This document shows positions 8,672 through 21,974 of a stretch of DNA of 64,000 bases, one piece after another; within the stretch, counting starts at the first letter, position 1; every line of letters starts with the position of its first letter. Position numbers and translations under genes: made by a program. The notes under the pieces are model-generated. The model worked only from the letters and a program-made list of their open reading frames with translations, was not told where the DNA came from and made no database searches. The stretch is taken from assembly GCA_963850655.1 (NCBI GenBank), contig CAWKMI010000009.1:10043-74042 (forward strand), given 5' to 3'. The DNA comes from an uncultured Gemmatimonadales bacterium (lineage in GTDB: Bacteria > Gemmatimonadota > Gemmatimonadetes > Gemmatimonadales > GWC2-71-9).

Positions 8672-10327
8672 ATGAAAGCGCGCCGATTCCTGCCGTTTCT
8701 CCTGCTCCTTGCCGCGGCATGTGAGCCCGGCGCGGGTTCGGCCGATATTGCCATCTTCGGGGCAATCTGGACCGGGGATACCCTGCATCCGCTGGCGACC
8801 GCCATCGCCATTCGTGGCGACACCATCGCCGCCGTGGGTGACAGCGCGCGTGTCGTCCCGCTGCTGGGGCGGCAGACTCGCATCATCTCCACCGGCGCGG
8901 GGATGGCACTCCCGGCATTCATCGATGGACACGTCCACTTCTCTGACGGTGGTTTCCAGCTCGGCTTTGTCGACCTGCGCGACGCCGCATCCCCGGCCGA
9001 GTTCGTGCAGCGCATCAAGGCCTACGCGGCGAAGCTGCGCCCAGGAGAGTGGATCCTCGGCGGGACGTGGGATCACGAGCGCTGGCCGGGCGCACCGCTG
9101 CCCCGGCACGAATGGATCGATTCGGTCACGCCGAACAATCCGGTCTTCGTGCAGCGACTCGACGGCCACATGGGCATTGCCAACTCACGTGCGCTGGCCC
9201 TGGCGCAACTGACGAACGCTTCGCCTGACGTCCCGGGCGGCACCATCATTCGAGACCGGGCGGGCGCTCCCACCGGCCTCCTCAAGGATGCGGCGATGGA
9301 TCGCGTCTTCGCGGCCGTTCCGCAGCCCACCGCCGAACAGGCCGACACTGCAGTCGCCCGTGCGATGCGATTTGCCAACTCCAAGGGACTTGCCGCAGTC
9401 TCGGCAGTCTCGGCGCCCTGGTACGAGGTGGCCGCGCTCCGCCGGCTGCGTGCCCATGGCGACCAGACCCTTCGCGTCTCGTTCTACCCGGCCCTGGCAG
9501 ACTGGAAACAGGTGGCGGATAGCGTCACGGAGCATGGTCCCGGCGATGACTGGATCCGGCTCGCCGGGGTGAAGGGGTTCGTCGACGGGTCGCTGGGCTC
9601 GACCACCGCCCTGATGTTCGATCCCTATCTCGACGATTCCACGTCTCGCGGCCTGATGATCACGCCGGAAGATTCTCTCCGGCGCTGGATCGGTGCCGCT
9701 GACTCGGCCGGCTTGCAGGTGGTGGTTCATGCGGTCGGCGATCGTGCCAACGCCTTGCTCCTCGACATCTACGACTCGGTTGCCAAGGCGCATGGCCCTC
9801 GCGATCGTCGCTTCCGCATCGAGCACGCGCAGCACCTGCGGCCCGCGGAACTTCCTCGCTTCGCGGCCGGGGGCGTGCTCGCGTCAATGCAGCCCTACCA
9901 CGCGGCCGACGACGGGCGCTGGGCACAGAAGCGGATTCGCCCGGCCCTGGTCAGCGGCACGTATGCCTTCCGCTCGCTCCTCGATACCGGGGCGACGCTC
10001 CTGTTCGGCTCCGACTGGACCGTGGCGCCACTCGATCCGCTGCTCGGGATCTGGGCCGCCGTCACCCGACAGACCATCGATGGCGGCAATCCCGGTGGCT
10101 GGGTACCGCGCGAGAAGATCACCGTCGAAGAAGCGATCCGGGCCTACACGGCCGGCAATGCCTTTGGCGTCTTTGCCGAGGGCTCGCGTGGCGTGCTGAA
10201 ACCGGGCCAACTCGCCGATGTCGTGCTTCTCGATCGCGATCTCAGGACGATTGCCCCAGACTCGATCCGCTTCGTGACGGTGCGGATGACCGTGGTCGGC
10301 GGGAAAGTCGTCTACCAGCCCCGATAG
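8672..10327 (+). CDS. Amidohydrolase-3 family metal-dependent hydrolase, lipoprotein
   Basis: 551-aa ORF. Signal/lipobox LLLLAAAC; the metal-binding AFIDGHVHF motif and later HAVGD / RIEHAQ motifs are typical of amidohydrolase family 3. Confidence 0.8.
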   Translation: MKARRFLPFLLLLAAACEPGAGSADIAIFGAIWTGDTLHPLATAIAIRGDTIAAVGDSARVVPLLGRQTRIISTGAGMALPAFIDGHVHFSDGGFQLGFVDLRDAASPAEFVQRIKAYAAKLRPGEWILGGTWDHERWPGAPLPRHEWIDSVTPNNPVFVQRLDGHMGIANSRALALAQLTNASPDVPGGTIIRDRAGAPTGLLKDAAMDRVFAAVPQPTAEQADTAVARAMRFANSKGLAAVSAVSAPWYEVAALRRLRAHGDQTLRVSFYPALADWKQVADSVTEHGPGDDWIRLAGVKGFVDGSLGSTTALMFDPYLDDSTSRGLMITPEDSLRRWIGAADSAGLQVVVHAVGDRANALLLDIYDSVAKAHGPRDRRFRIEHAQHLRPAELPRFAAGGVLASMQPYHAADDGRWAQKRIRPALVSGTYAFRSLLDTGATLLFGSDWTVAPLDPLLGIWAAVTRQTIDGGNPGGWVPREKITVEEAIRAYTAGNAFGVFAEGSRGVLKPGQLADVVLLDRDLRTIAPDSIRFVTVRMTVVGGKVVYQPR

Positions 10328-10403
10328 GATCCCGCCACAGCCGACGGCCGTTTTTCGGCCCCTGACTTCCGGGAGCCACCGGGTCCCGCCATCTTAGCAC
10401 CCT

Positions 10404-12521
10404 ATGGCGACGCGCCCCCAATCCCATCCGAAGTCCGCGAGCAAGCTCGAGAAGGGCGACCTGCTCGATTTCTATCGGCAGATGCTCCTCTCCCGCCGGC
10501 TCGACGACAAGGAGATCCAGCTCAAGCGGCAGAACCGCATCTTCTTCCAGATTTCCGGTGCCGGGCACGAGGCCATTCTGGTCGCCGCTGCCCGGGTCTT
10601 CCGGCCCGGTCACGACTGGTTCTTTCTCTACTACCGCGACCGCGCGCTCTGCCTCGGCCTTGGCATGACCGCCACGGAGCAGCTGCTCTCGGCCGTGGCC
10701 GCGGCCGACGATCCCAATTCGGGCGGCCGGCAGATGCCGTCGCACTGGGGGCAGAAGGACCTCAACATCGTCTCGGTGTCGAGTCCGACCGGAACCCAGT
10801 TTCTCCAGGCCGTCGGGGCCGCCGAGGCCGGCATGCGGTCGAGCGGAGACGAGCGCACGCGCAGCCTCTCCAGTGGCGATGAAGTCGTCCTCTGTACCGC
10901 CGGCGAAGGCACCACCAGCCAGGGAGAGTTCTGGGAGGCGCTCAACTCGGCCTGCAACCTCAAGTTGCCGGTCGTCTTCCTGATCGAGGACAACGGCTAC
11001 GCGATCTCCGTCCCGGTCGAGGTGAACACGGCGGGGGGGTCGATTTCGCAGCTGATGCGGAACTTCCCCGGTCTCCTCGTCCAGGAAGTTGACGGCTGCG
11101 ATCCGTTTGCCTCCTACGATGTCATGCAGAAAGCCCACGACTACGCCCGCCAGCGCAAGGGGCCGGCATTGGTGCATGCCAAGGTCATCCGGCCCTACTC
11201 GCACTCGCTGTCCGACGATGAGGTGCACTACCGCTCCGTGTCGGAACGCGACGCCGACGCGGCCCGTGATCCGCTCGTCACCTATCCACCGCTCCTGCTC
11301 GAGCGCGGTGTGGCCACCGAGGCCGAGCTCGACCTGATCCGTTCCCAGGTCGAGGAAGAAATCGCCGTGGCGACCGATGTCGCCCTCGCCGCGCCGCAGC
11401 CCGCGCCGGACACCATCTATCAGTACGTCTATTCCCCGGATGTCGATCCGACGTCCGGGCAATTCGACAGTGAGAACGATCCCCAGGCCACCGGCACGCC
11501 GACCACGATGGTCGATCTCCTCAACTCCTGCCTCAGGGACGAGATGGCGCGCGATCCGCGCATTGTCCTCTTCGGGCAGGATGTGGCCGACGTCTCGCGC
11601 GAGGAGAGTCTCGGCGACGTGAAGGGAAAGGGCGGTGTCTTCAAGGTGACCTGGGGGCTGCAGAAGCAATTCGGCGGGACCCGCGTCTTCAACTCCCCGC
11701 TCGCCGAGGCGAACATCGTCGGCCGGGCCATCGGCATGGCCCTGCGCGGCCTCAAGCCGGTCGTCGAGATCCAGTTCTTCGACTACATCTGGACAGCCTA
11801 CATGCAACTGCGCAACGAACTCGCGCTGATGCGTTGGCGGTCGAACAACCATTTCTCCGCGCCCGTCGTCGTGCGGACTACCTACGGCGGGTATCTCAAG
11901 GGTGGTGCGGTGTACCACTCGCAGACCGGGGCCGCGATCTTCACCGGCATCCCGGGCCTGCGAGTGATTTGCCCTGCCAATGCCCTGGACGCCAACGGTC
12001 TCCTTCGCACCGCGCTGCGCTGCGACGATCCGGTGCTATTTCTCGAGCACAAGCATCTCTATCGCCAGACGTACAACAAGGCAGCCTACCCCGGTCCCGA
12101 CTTCATGATCCCGTTCGGCAAGGCCCGCGTGGTCCGCGAAGGAACCGGTTGCACCGTGGTCACCTATGGGGCCGTGGTGCACCGGGCCGAGCAGGCGGCC
12201 CGGGACCTCGAAGCGGCGACTGGCCAGCGCGTCGAGGTGATCGACCTCCGCTCGCTGAATCCGGTCGACTGGGAGACGATCGCCACGTCCGTGCGCAAGA
12301 CCAGCCGCGTCATCGTGGCCTACGAGGATTCGCGCTCCTGGGGCTATGGTTCGGAAATCGCTGCGCGGATAGCGGACGAGATGTTCGAGTGGCTCGATGC
12401 GCCCGTCCGTCGCGTGGCTTCCACGGACACCTTCGTTGCCTACGCACCGGAACTGGAAGACGCCATCCTGCCGCAGGTCGAGAGCCTCAAGGCGGCAATG
12501 GCAGAACTATTGGGGTATTAG
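10404..12521 (+). CDS. Fused E1 alpha/beta subunit of a 2-oxoacid (branched-chain-type) dehydrogenase, TPP-dependent
   Basis: 705-aa ORF. The N-terminal half resembles E1-alpha ([13 protein letters not shown]..., SPTGTQ) and the C-terminal half resembles E1-beta ([23 protein letters not shown]). Confidence 0.85.
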   Translation: MATRPQSHPKSASKLEKGDLLDFYRQMLLSRRLDDKEIQLKRQNRIFFQISGAGHEAILVAAARVFRPGHDWFFLYYRDRALCLGLGMTATEQLLSAVAAADDPNSGGRQMPSHWGQKDLNIVSVSSPTGTQFLQAVGAAEAGMRSSGDERTRSLSSGDEVVLCTAGEGTTSQGEFWEALNSACNLKLPVVFLIEDNGYAISVPVEVNTAGGSISQLMRNFPGLLVQEVDGCDPFASYDVMQKAHDYARQRKGPALVHAKVIRPYSHSLSDDEVHYRSVSERDADAARDPLVTYPPLLLERGVATEAELDLIRSQVEEEIAVATDVALAAPQPAPDTIYQYVYSPDVDPTSGQFDSENDPQATGTPTTMVDLLNSCLRDEMARDPRIVLFGQDVADVSREESLGDVKGKGGVFKVTWGLQKQFGGTRVFNSPLAEANIVGRAIGMALRGLKPVVEIQFFDYIWTAYMQLRNELALMRWRSNNHFSAPVVVRTTYGGYLKGGAVYHSQTGAAIFTGIPGLRVICPANALDANGLLRTALRCDDPVLFLEHKHLYRQTYNKAAYPGPDFMIPFGKARVVREGTGCTVVTYGAVVHRAEQAARDLEAATGQRVEVIDLRSLNPVDWETIATSVRKTSRVIVAYEDSRSWGYGSEIAARIADEMFEWLDAPVRRVASTDTFVAYAPELEDAILPQVESLKAAMAELLGY

Positions 12522-14461
12522 CGCCCCAACTCCCTGACTTCTGCCGCGGCACCAATTGCATTTTCCACGTCCCGACTCAGCGCGCGTGCCTGCTGGGTTG
12601 CCTGGGTCAGGCCGTTGATTACTGCACCAATGCCGCTCTGCCGCAGTCGCATCAGGTCGAGCCGCACATTCTGCATCATCAGCACGCAGCTTTCGAAACG
12701 CTCCGAGAACTCGTCGCGTCGCTTGGCGATCTCGTTGCGTGACTGCAATTGCCGCTCGAGCAGGGCGATCTGGCGGTCACGCTCCTCGCCCGGGGAGCGG
12801 GTGGTCAGCTCGGCGATCCGCTCCGAGATCCGCGACGGCTCATCCATCCCCATCGTGTCCATCGAATGCAGGGTATCGGCCAGTTGCGATGCGCGGGCGT
12901 AGAGCCCCTCGGTCGTCTGCACGATTTCGGGAAGCATCTCCCGATCCGCCTGGCTCAAGCCGTCCATCAACTGCAGGATCTTGGTGCGGTCCTTGTGGAC
13001 CTGCGTCATTCGGTCAAGGTAGCGGCCGAAGTCCTTGGCGGTCGGCGCCGAAATCAGCTTGGCACCAGCCCCCTTCTTGGGACTGATCGCATCAGGGGCC
13101 TCCGGACGATTCAGGACATCGCGCCACGAATATCCTGCCTGCCACAGCGCCGAGTACCGCTTGAAGAGCCCGATCGACATGAACCCCGCGACCACCAGCG
13201 ACCACGGCGAGTGCATGCCGGTCATCACGTTGACCATGAAGAGACCGCCGCTGATGGCGGCCCACCGCGCGAATTCCGCCCGCGCCCGGCGGACGACCAG
13301 CGGCTCCCCGGTTTCCGGGAGATCGGTTGCATGGCGTTCCTGGCGGACAGCCTGCTTCGCCCGCCGCCGCTCCTCGCGCATCAGCGCACGGCCCCGGAGC
13401 CCCTCCGTCCCTGGCCGCGGTGGCCGCTCCAGCTGGGACCGCATCGAGCGCGAAATGGGCGGATTGGGCGGACGAGTCAGGGCCGGCCTCTCACCGATCG
13501 ACCGAGTCGGCCGCGGCGAACGCGAGGTCCCCGGACGCGTTGGCAAGGGAGACGGTCGAGTCTGCGCCTTCCAGCCGAGGCCGGTCGGCCGATAGCCGCC
13601 CATGTTCCGACTTTCGAGGGCCCGGCGGAGTCCGTCAGCCGAAGGCCAGCGGTTGGCCGGGTCCTTCTCCAGGCAGCGTGCCACGGCCAGCGAAAGGTCT
13701 TCCGGAATGTCCGGCATCATCTCGTGCAGCAGCCGCGCCGGCTCGGTGATCTGCTTCATCAGGATGCCGGCCACCGTCGGGGCGCTGAAAGGCAACTCGC
13801 CCGAGAGCATCTGGAAGGCAACCACGCCGAGCGAGTACAGGTCGCTTCGGCCGTCGATTTCACGTTCACCGGCGGCCTGCTCCGGTGACATGTACGACGG
13901 CGTTCCGATGGCCATCCCCGCGCTCGTCAGGTTCGCCGACCCTGGCGACGACAGTGCCTTGGCGATGCCGAAGTCCGTCACGACCACCCGGCCGCGCGTA
14001 CCCTCGAGCAGGATGTTGTCGGGCTTGATGTCGCGATGGATCACGGACATCGCATGGGCGGCGGACAGCGCGTCGGCAGTTTCCCGCATGATGCGGCGGG
14101 TCTCATCGCCCGGGACGCGCCCCCGTCGGCGGATCCGCGCGGCCAGCGACTCCCCCTCGATCAGTCCCATTACGAAATAGACGATCCCGTTTCCTTCGCC
14201 GACATCATGGATCGGGACGATGTGGGGATGAGACAGCCGCGCCGCCGTCTGGGCCTCGCGAGAGAACCGCTCGCGAATCTCCTGTGACATCGCCAGCTCC
14301 GGTGGCAGCACCTTGACCGCGACCCGACGCTGCAGCCGTTCGTCACGAGCCCGGTACACGACCCCCATGCCGCCGCGCCCGATCTCACCCTCGATGGTGT
14401 AGGCGTCGCCGAGAGCCTCCTTCAGGAGCGCTGGCAGACTGTACGGGGTGGCATCACTCAT
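12518..14461 (-). CDS. Ser/Thr protein kinase with a Pro/Arg-rich linker, membrane segment and unknown C-terminal helical domain
   Basis: 647-aa ORF with Hanks kinase motifs [37 protein letters not shown]. Hydrophobic stretch [16 protein letters not shown]...[11 protein letters not shown], followed by a 200-aa coiled-coil-like domain. Confidence 0.85.
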   Translation of the reverse strand: MSDATPYSLPALLKEALGDAYTIEGEIGRGGMGVVYRARDERLQRRVAVKVLPPELAMSQEIRERFSREAQTAARLSHPHIVPIHDVGEGNGIVYFVMGLIEGESLAARIRRRGRVPGDETRRIMRETADALSAAHAMSVIHRDIKPDNILLEGTRGRVVVTDFGIAKALSSPGSANLTSAGMAIGTPSYMSPEQAAGEREIDGRSDLYSLGVVAFQMLSGELPFSAPTVAGILMKQITEPARLLHEMMPDIPEDLSLAVARCLEKDPANRWPSADGLRRALESRNMGGYRPTGLGWKAQTRPSPLPTRPGTSRSPRPTRSIGERPALTRPPNPPISRSMRSQLERPPRPGTEGLRGRALMREERRRAKQAVRQERHATDLPETGEPLVVRRARAEFARWAAISGGLFMVNVMTGMHSPWSLVVAGFMSIGLFKRYSALWQAGYSWRDVLNRPEAPDAISPKKGAGAKLISAPTAKDFGRYLDRMTQVHKDRTKILQLMDGLSQADREMLPEIVQTTEGLYARASQLADTLHSMDTMGMDEPSRISERIAELTTRSPGEERDRQIALLERQLQSRNEIAKRRDEFSERFESCVLMMQNVRLDLMRLRQSGIGAVINGLTQATQQARALSRDVENAIGAAAEVRELGR

Positions 14462-14655
14462 TCAGGTCCCTGGATGTGGGATGCGAGGGGCGGCAACTAA
14501 CCCCTGAATCTGCACGGAGATGCATCAGCGAGCAACGTGCCGCCGCCACCTGCCGTTGCGACAGGTCCCGGTGGGTGCTTCCTGAGCCGGAGTGCCCCTC
14601 TGGCGGTCGACGGTCGTCCACTCGGCCAGTCGGGCAGGATTACCTTCCCAAGCGT

Positions 14656-14671
14656 TGGCACGCTGGATGCC
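14656..14671 (+). promoter_or_regulatory. Possible sigma-54 (-24/-12) promoter upstream of lon
   Basis: TTGGCACGctggATGCC compared with the consensus TGGCACG-N4-TTGCW. The GG/GC spacing is correct. About 75 nt upstream of the lon GTG. Confidence 0.25.
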
Positions 14672-14745
14672 ATTCCTGCTCCACTGGCCATGCCCCGACT
14701 CGGCCTGATGAACCTGCCGGGTCAGCACGAGCAAAGGAGATCACC

Positions 14746-17279
<2,534 letters not shown>

Positions 17280-17287
17280 GGTGATTC

Positions 17288-17386
17288 GTGAATGGTGCAC
17301 GGTGAATGGTGAATACCATGAGGAGGGTGGCTCCGAATCTCGGAATCACCCTCCTCGTCTTTCACCAATCACCGTGCACCATTCAC
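17288..17386. terminator. Approximately 100-nt near-perfect hairpin with heptad-periodic arms between convergent lon and the GGDEF gene
   Basis: Left arm GTGAATGGTGCACGGTGAATGGTGAATACCATGAGGAGGGTG; right arm CACCCTCCTCGTCTTTCACCAATCACCGTGCACCATTCAC. The apex contains TCCGA-ATC-TCGGA. Confidence 0.7.
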
Positions 17387-17400
17387 CAGTCACTCGCTAG

Positions 17401-19012
17401 TCACGCCATCTCGATCCGGCCCCGGCCGGTGGACTTGGCCCGGTACATCGCCAGGTCTGCCGCTGCGGCCACGTCGTTCGCGGTCTTCCCCGATCCGGGA
17501 AAGGTGGCGATGCCAATGCTCACGCGCGGCTCGACCTTGTCGTCGGCGCTGACGTTGAACGGCTGCGCTTCCAGAGCCGCATGAATCTTCTCGGCGATCG
17601 CCCGGCCGTTCACCGGCGGGCAGCGGCGGAGGATGATTCCGAACTCCTCGCCACCGTAGCGGCCCAGCAGGTCGGAATTGCGGATCACCTTGCGAAACAC
17701 TCCGGCGACATGCTGGAGCACCTGGTCGCCGACCAGGTGACCGTGGGTGTCGTTGACCCGCTTGAAGTGGTCAAGGTCGATCATCAGGAAGCAGAGTGGC
17801 TCGCCGTGCCGTCCCGAAAAGGTGATCGCATGGTCGAGCTCTGCCATGAGCGTGGCATGGTTGCTGGCGCCCGTCAGGCTGTCACGGTGCACCAGCTCGC
17901 GGATGCGACGGCCGCGTTCAGTCCTGGTCAGGACCACCTGCAGCAGCAGGCTCCGCTCGACCGGCTTGGCGAGAAAGTCGTCACCGCCGGCGCGCAGGCC
18001 CTCCATTTCATCTGCTGAGCGATCGATGCGCCGTCAGGAAGACGATCGGCACCAGCGCGAGTCGCGGATCCTGGCGCATCAGGCGGGCGACCGCGTAGCC
18101 ATCAACATCGGGGAGTTCGATGTCGAGCAACACCAGGTCCGGGATCTCGGTCGCCAGCGTGTCGCAGGCGACCTGAGCGCTGCCGCAGATCCTCACCCGG
18201 GCATTGATCTGCTCGAGCCACATCGCCAGCAGCTGGGCCTGGGCGGGATCATCCTCGACGATGACCACGTTCGCGGGTGGCGCGCCGATCTGGGCGAGAG
18301 CCTTGGCATACTGCGCCAGCCCCTTCGGCAAGGACGAACTGCCGAACACCGCATCCACACCGGCCGCGGCGGTCCGCAACCGGTCAAGCCGGTCGCGCGG
18401 ATCGGCAAGCACCACCGCGCGGGGCCGATCGGCCGTCGCCGATGACCAGAAGCGCACCCGCGCGAGCGGGTCGCTCGTCAGGTCGGTGTCGAGCACCACC
18501 AGGTCCGGCCGCTCCGAAGGCGCCAACTCCCAGGGGTCGATCTCGTGGTCGCGCAGGTCGATCACGAAACCCGCCTCTTCCAGCGCAGCGACCATCCTCG
18601 CGCGGAGCGGCGACGCTGCCATCATCAACAGGGTGCGATAGGCGAATCCCGGCACCTTGCCAAGCGGGACCGGTTCGGCAAAGTCGACGCCGGCCTGGTC
18701 AAAGGCCTCCTTCAGGTCCTGGATCGCCTGCTCAACCAGGTCGGCGTCGTTGACCGTCAGTGGTGGTGGGGTGAGGATCCGGTGCTCCATCGTGCGCCCG
18801 ATCTCGGTCACCCGCGGAAAGCCGTACGATCCCCCGGAGCCGGCGAGCTGATGAAACCGTCGCCGCAGGGACTCCAGGGAATCCGGTTCTCCCGCGCGGA
18901 AGGCCGCCAGGTCTTTCCGCAGGTCGGCAAGGCGAGCCGGGGCGTCAGCGAGGTATTCCCGCTGCAGGACGACGAATACCGCGTCGACTGATGTGTCTTC
19001 GACTGGCTTCAT
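17401..19012 (-). pseudogene. HPt / pseudo-receiver / REC / GGDEF diguanylate cyclase, interrupted as sequenced by one +1 frame shift inside REC
   Basis: ORF 18008..19012 carries HPt (HQLAGSGGSYGF) and REC (VVIVEDD...LLDIELPDVDG...VPIVFLTA). ORF 17401..18006 continues REC alpha-4 (EGLRAGGDDFLAKPV) and then GGDEF (RYGGEEFGII). Junction at about 18025-18035. Length is 3n+1. Confidence 0.85.
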
Positions 19013-19695
19013 CGGCCCTCCCGCAAGGCCGTCAGGGCATGCCGCACTGAGGCGACAAACGCCGGTGCGCTCCCCCAGTGCCCGGAAAAACGGTCGCCGT
19101 TTCGGGCCCCGCTCAACGCAGCGCGGTCATCGACCACCAGCAGCACCGGATCGCCCGGCCACGTTGGCGATGGGATGACGGCAACCTCGATGCTGCCAAG
19201 CGGAACCGACGCCGTCGAAGCCACATCGAGTGTCACGTTTGCCGCAGCGGCGCGGCGAAGGTGCGGAGCCAGCGTCAGGCAGCCGTCGGGTGGCGCCAGG
19301 AGGGTCACGCTGTGCTCCGCTCGGGCAATCTCATGACCCATCAACTGCACCGCGCCACGAGGAGAATGCATCTCGACCAGCGTCGGGGTTGTGGGGGCGG
19401 TCAGTGCCGCGAGCGCCGCGCTGAGGCGATCCATCGCGTCACCCTGGCGGTCGTGCAGTCGGGCGAGCAGCGTACTCGGCGGCTCCGGGCGGAACCGCCT
19501 CGGCCGGCCCTCTTCGACCCGAGCGGCGCCCTTGGTCACCAGCCCCTCGAGCGCCGCATACACATTGGCGCGAGCAATTCCCGCCGCCCGGGCGATGGTA
19601 TAGCCCGTGCCCGGGCCGCCAGTGAGGAGGACTTCGTAGATCAGTCCTTCCGTCGGCGTGAAGCCGAACGGGGTCAGGTCGAAGCTTGCATCCAT
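19009..19695 (-). CDS. TrmB-family HTH transcriptional regulator
   Basis: N-terminal LTPFGFTPTEGLIYEVLLTGGPGTGYTIARAAGIARANVYAALEGLVTKG (TrmB-type wHTH). Start taken at ATG 19695. The stop overlaps the downstream start (ATGA). Confidence 0.7.
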   Translation of the reverse strand: MDASFDLTPFGFTPTEGLIYEVLLTGGPGTGYTIARAAGIARANVYAALEGLVTKGAARVEEGRPRRFRPEPPSTLLARLHDRQGDAMDRLSAALAALTAPTTPTLVEMHSPRGAVQLMGHEIARAEHSVTLLAPPDGCLTLAPHLRRAAAANVTLDVASTASVPLGSIEVAVIPSPTWPGDPVLLVVDDRAALSGARNGDRFSGHWGSAPAFVASVRHALTALREGR

Positions 19696-19697
19696 CG

Positions 19698-20912
19698 TCA
19701 GGCGTACTCGAGCTGCCAACCGAGCCGCTGGGCAATCCGTGCCAACCGGAACGTGATATCAGCCTGCCGGGACGCCAGTTCGCCATCGTCAGGGCTGATC
19801 GGCCAGCAGTGGTAGGTCAAGGGCGTGCTCGGTTTTGGCTGCGATCGCAGGTTCTTCGGGTGCCAGACGCCGTCAGCATCGAGGTCCTCGAGCAACCGCA
19901 CAAAGCCCGCGCTGGCATTCGGAGCGGTCAACAGCTGCGGCATGCCCATGCCGGCCAGGAGCTCGATGAAGTGGAGGGCCAACGGGATGTCCTTCGGAAG
20001 CCCTTTGGCCTTGGGATCGAGTTCGATCGGGTCGCCGAACAGCAGGTAGATGGGTCGATGCGTCCGCTTGCCCACCGCCACCGAGAAAGAGCGGTTCACC
20101 ACGGGCTGGGCGAGATACTGACACAGCCGGTCGACGAACCCCGCGCGCTCCCGCTGCAGCGAGGGCATGGCGGAGAGCGTGGCCAGGGAGAGCCAGCTCG
20201 GCGGTGCGGCCTCGGGATGCAGTTGCCACGACCCGCTCTTCTTGATGAACGGATCGGCCGACATGGGGGAGCGGAGAAAGGCCGAAACGGCGCTCATCGT
20301 CTTGTGGGCCGCCCCGCGAAGTCGGGGGTCATCCTCCCGCCCTCCTTCGGCCAGCGCCGCGCACACTCCGTCACGGATCAGGTTGCGATACGGCTCGGCA
20401 GTTTCTGGGTCCTCGTCGATGGCATCGGCAAATTCGCCGTTGAGGAGCGGATCCACGTCGCGGGACAACGACCGGAAAAGCACTCGGTCGGCCACCCGAA
20501 AGGGACGTGTCGCAGTGGGCACTCCAAGCTGCAGCAGGCGGCGATACTGCGCCACCGTGCCGATCTCCTCGATCCCTTCCTTCTCCGAGGGCTGGAAGGC
20601 AAGGAAGTTGCCTCCCCAGAGCCCGGTCTCCTCCTGCCGCGTAGTGATGGCGGAAACCTGGGGCGACTGGACCGCAGCGGTGAGCGCTTCGGCCATCACG
20701 GCCTGATCGAACATCCCCGGAGGAGCAAGCTCGGCCAGGGTGCGGTAACGAAGCGAGGGTCCGCCGTGCTCGATGAGCCACGTCAGGGGGATGCGGTGCG
20801 TGGTGGGGAGGTCCAGGGAGCGGCTCCTCGCGCGGCGAGGGAAGCGAAATTCAGGTGTGACGCGCGGCAAATCTACCAGCTTCGGCCCCCAAATACCAGC
20901 CATGATGGGCAC
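19698..20912 (-). CDS. Hypothetical cytoplasmic protein (404 aa), first gene of the TrmB/GGDEF operon
   Basis: Long ORF with ordinary composition, 2-nt gap to the TrmB-like gene, and an AT-richer promoter-like region upstream (20913-21064). No recognised family. Confidence 0.65.
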   Translation of the reverse strand: MPIMAGIWGPKLVDLPRVTPEFRFPRRARSRSLDLPTTHRIPLTWLIEHGGPSLRYRTLAELAPPGMFDQAVMAEALTAAVQSPQVSAITTRQEETGLWGGNFLAFQPSEKEGIEEIGTVAQYRRLLQLGVPTATRPFRVADRVLFRSLSRDVDPLLNGEFADAIDEDPETAEPYRNLIRDGVCAALAEGGREDDPRLRGAAHKTMSAVSAFLRSPMSADPFIKKSGSWQLHPEAAPPSWLSLATLSAMPSLQRERAGFVDRLCQYLAQPVVNRSFSVAVGKRTHRPIYLLFGDPIELDPKAKGLPKDIPLALHFIELLAGMGMPQLLTAPNASAGFVRLLEDLDADGVWHPKNLRSQPKPSTPLTYHCWPISPDDGELASRQADITFRLARIAQRLGWQLEYA

Positions 20913-21064
20913 GAGTTGTGGATCCTGCTACTTCTCTTGTGTAAATCCGACTAACCCATTGCCCGACAGCGTGTTATACGTAGTGGTATCCGGTGCAACT
21001 GATACAAATATTGTCCGCTTTCACCACTGGCACATTCTCGGCGCTTGGCTCGCCTGGACCCAAT

Positions 21065-21967
21065 TCACTCCACCGAACATTCCAGGATGAACACTGTTCC
21101 AGCGTTGAACAACCCCCGCTCACTGGTCAGGACCAGCTGCCGGTCGTCCAGGAAGGTGATTCCCTCTCCCTGCGGCTCGAGGCCGAGGATGTCACAACTG
21201 GTTGGCTTGCCGAGGGGGTGCATCGTGCCGTTGGCTCGCACGGCAAAGGGGAAGATCTCCCGGTAGCTGCGTACCATCGCCCGCTGGCCGTCAGGGGAGA
21301 TGGCCATCGCCGTGATCAGCTGTCCCGATCCCGCCGAGGCGCTGATCGCCAGCGAGTCGATCCGGTCGGCGGTGACGACGCCTGAACTCGCCCAGGCCGA
21401 GGGCGGGATCCGGAACTCGAGCACGCCGTGTGACCGCCCTTTGGTGACGAGGAGCACCTCGCCGGTCGCCGTCACGGCCATCGCCTCGACATCATGCGGT
21501 CCATCCGGATAGCGAAAGCGCAGCACTTCGAATGTCGGGGTGCTCGACCGCGCGAAACGCACATTCGAGGGATCGAGGGTCGGCTCCTCCAGGCGATAGA
21601 GCTGCACCTCCGGTCGGACCTCCTGGTTGTCCCCGGTGTCGGCGATGTAGACGCAACTCGACTGGTGGCACGGGCCAACAGCCACCTCTTCCCAGTCGGT
21701 GTTGGTCGCGCCCTCGAGCGAAATGGCGGCCCGGTACCGGCCAAGGGTGTCGGTCGCGATCAGGTCGGCCGGGTTTCCGGAGTCATCGATCGTCCAGATG
21801 ATTCCGGAATTGCGTTCGCTCATTGCCGCGCCGCTCGTCTCTGCCATCCGGGGCTCGGTGATGGTGCCGGTTTGCCGGAGGAACCGGGGTGCGATCAGTT
21901 CCCAGCCAGGACCCCGTCCCGGTCCTGGCAGCAGCAACAACAGGAGCCCGGCAATCCAGCGCCGCAT
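21065..21967 (-). CDS. Exported hypothetical protein (beta-propeller-like)
   Basis: 300-aa ORF with signal peptide MRRWIAGLLLLLLPGPG and motifs such as ETSGAA, WTIDDSG, IADTGDN. No confident family. Confidence 0.65.
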   Translation of the reverse strand: MRRWIAGLLLLLLPGPGRGPGWELIAPRFLRQTGTITEPRMAETSGAAMSERNSGIIWTIDDSGNPADLIATDTLGRYRAAISLEGATNTDWEEVAVGPCHQSSCVYIADTGDNQEVRPEVQLYRLEEPTLDPSNVRFARSSTPTFEVLRFRYPDGPHDVEAMAVTATGEVLLVTKGRSHGVLEFRIPPSAWASSGVVTADRIDSLAISASAGSGQLITAMAISPDGQRAMVRSYREIFPFAVRANGTMHPLGKPTSCDILGLEPQGEGITFLDDRQLVLTSERGLFNAGTVFILECSVE

Positions 21968-21974
21968 CTCCGGC

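Noticed and set aside
10394-10400. TTAGCAC half-site resembling the CIRCE heat-shock operator upstream of the E1 gene
   Set aside because: Only one half is present (no GAGTGCTAA partner 9 nt away), and the downstream gene is not a chaperone.
18004-18012. Stop-codon read-through or recoding of the TGA at 18008-18010 to join the two halves of the REC-GGDEF gene
   Set aside because: The downstream half is in a different frame, so read-through would not restore the REC sequence. A one-nucleotide skip about 20 nt upstream does.
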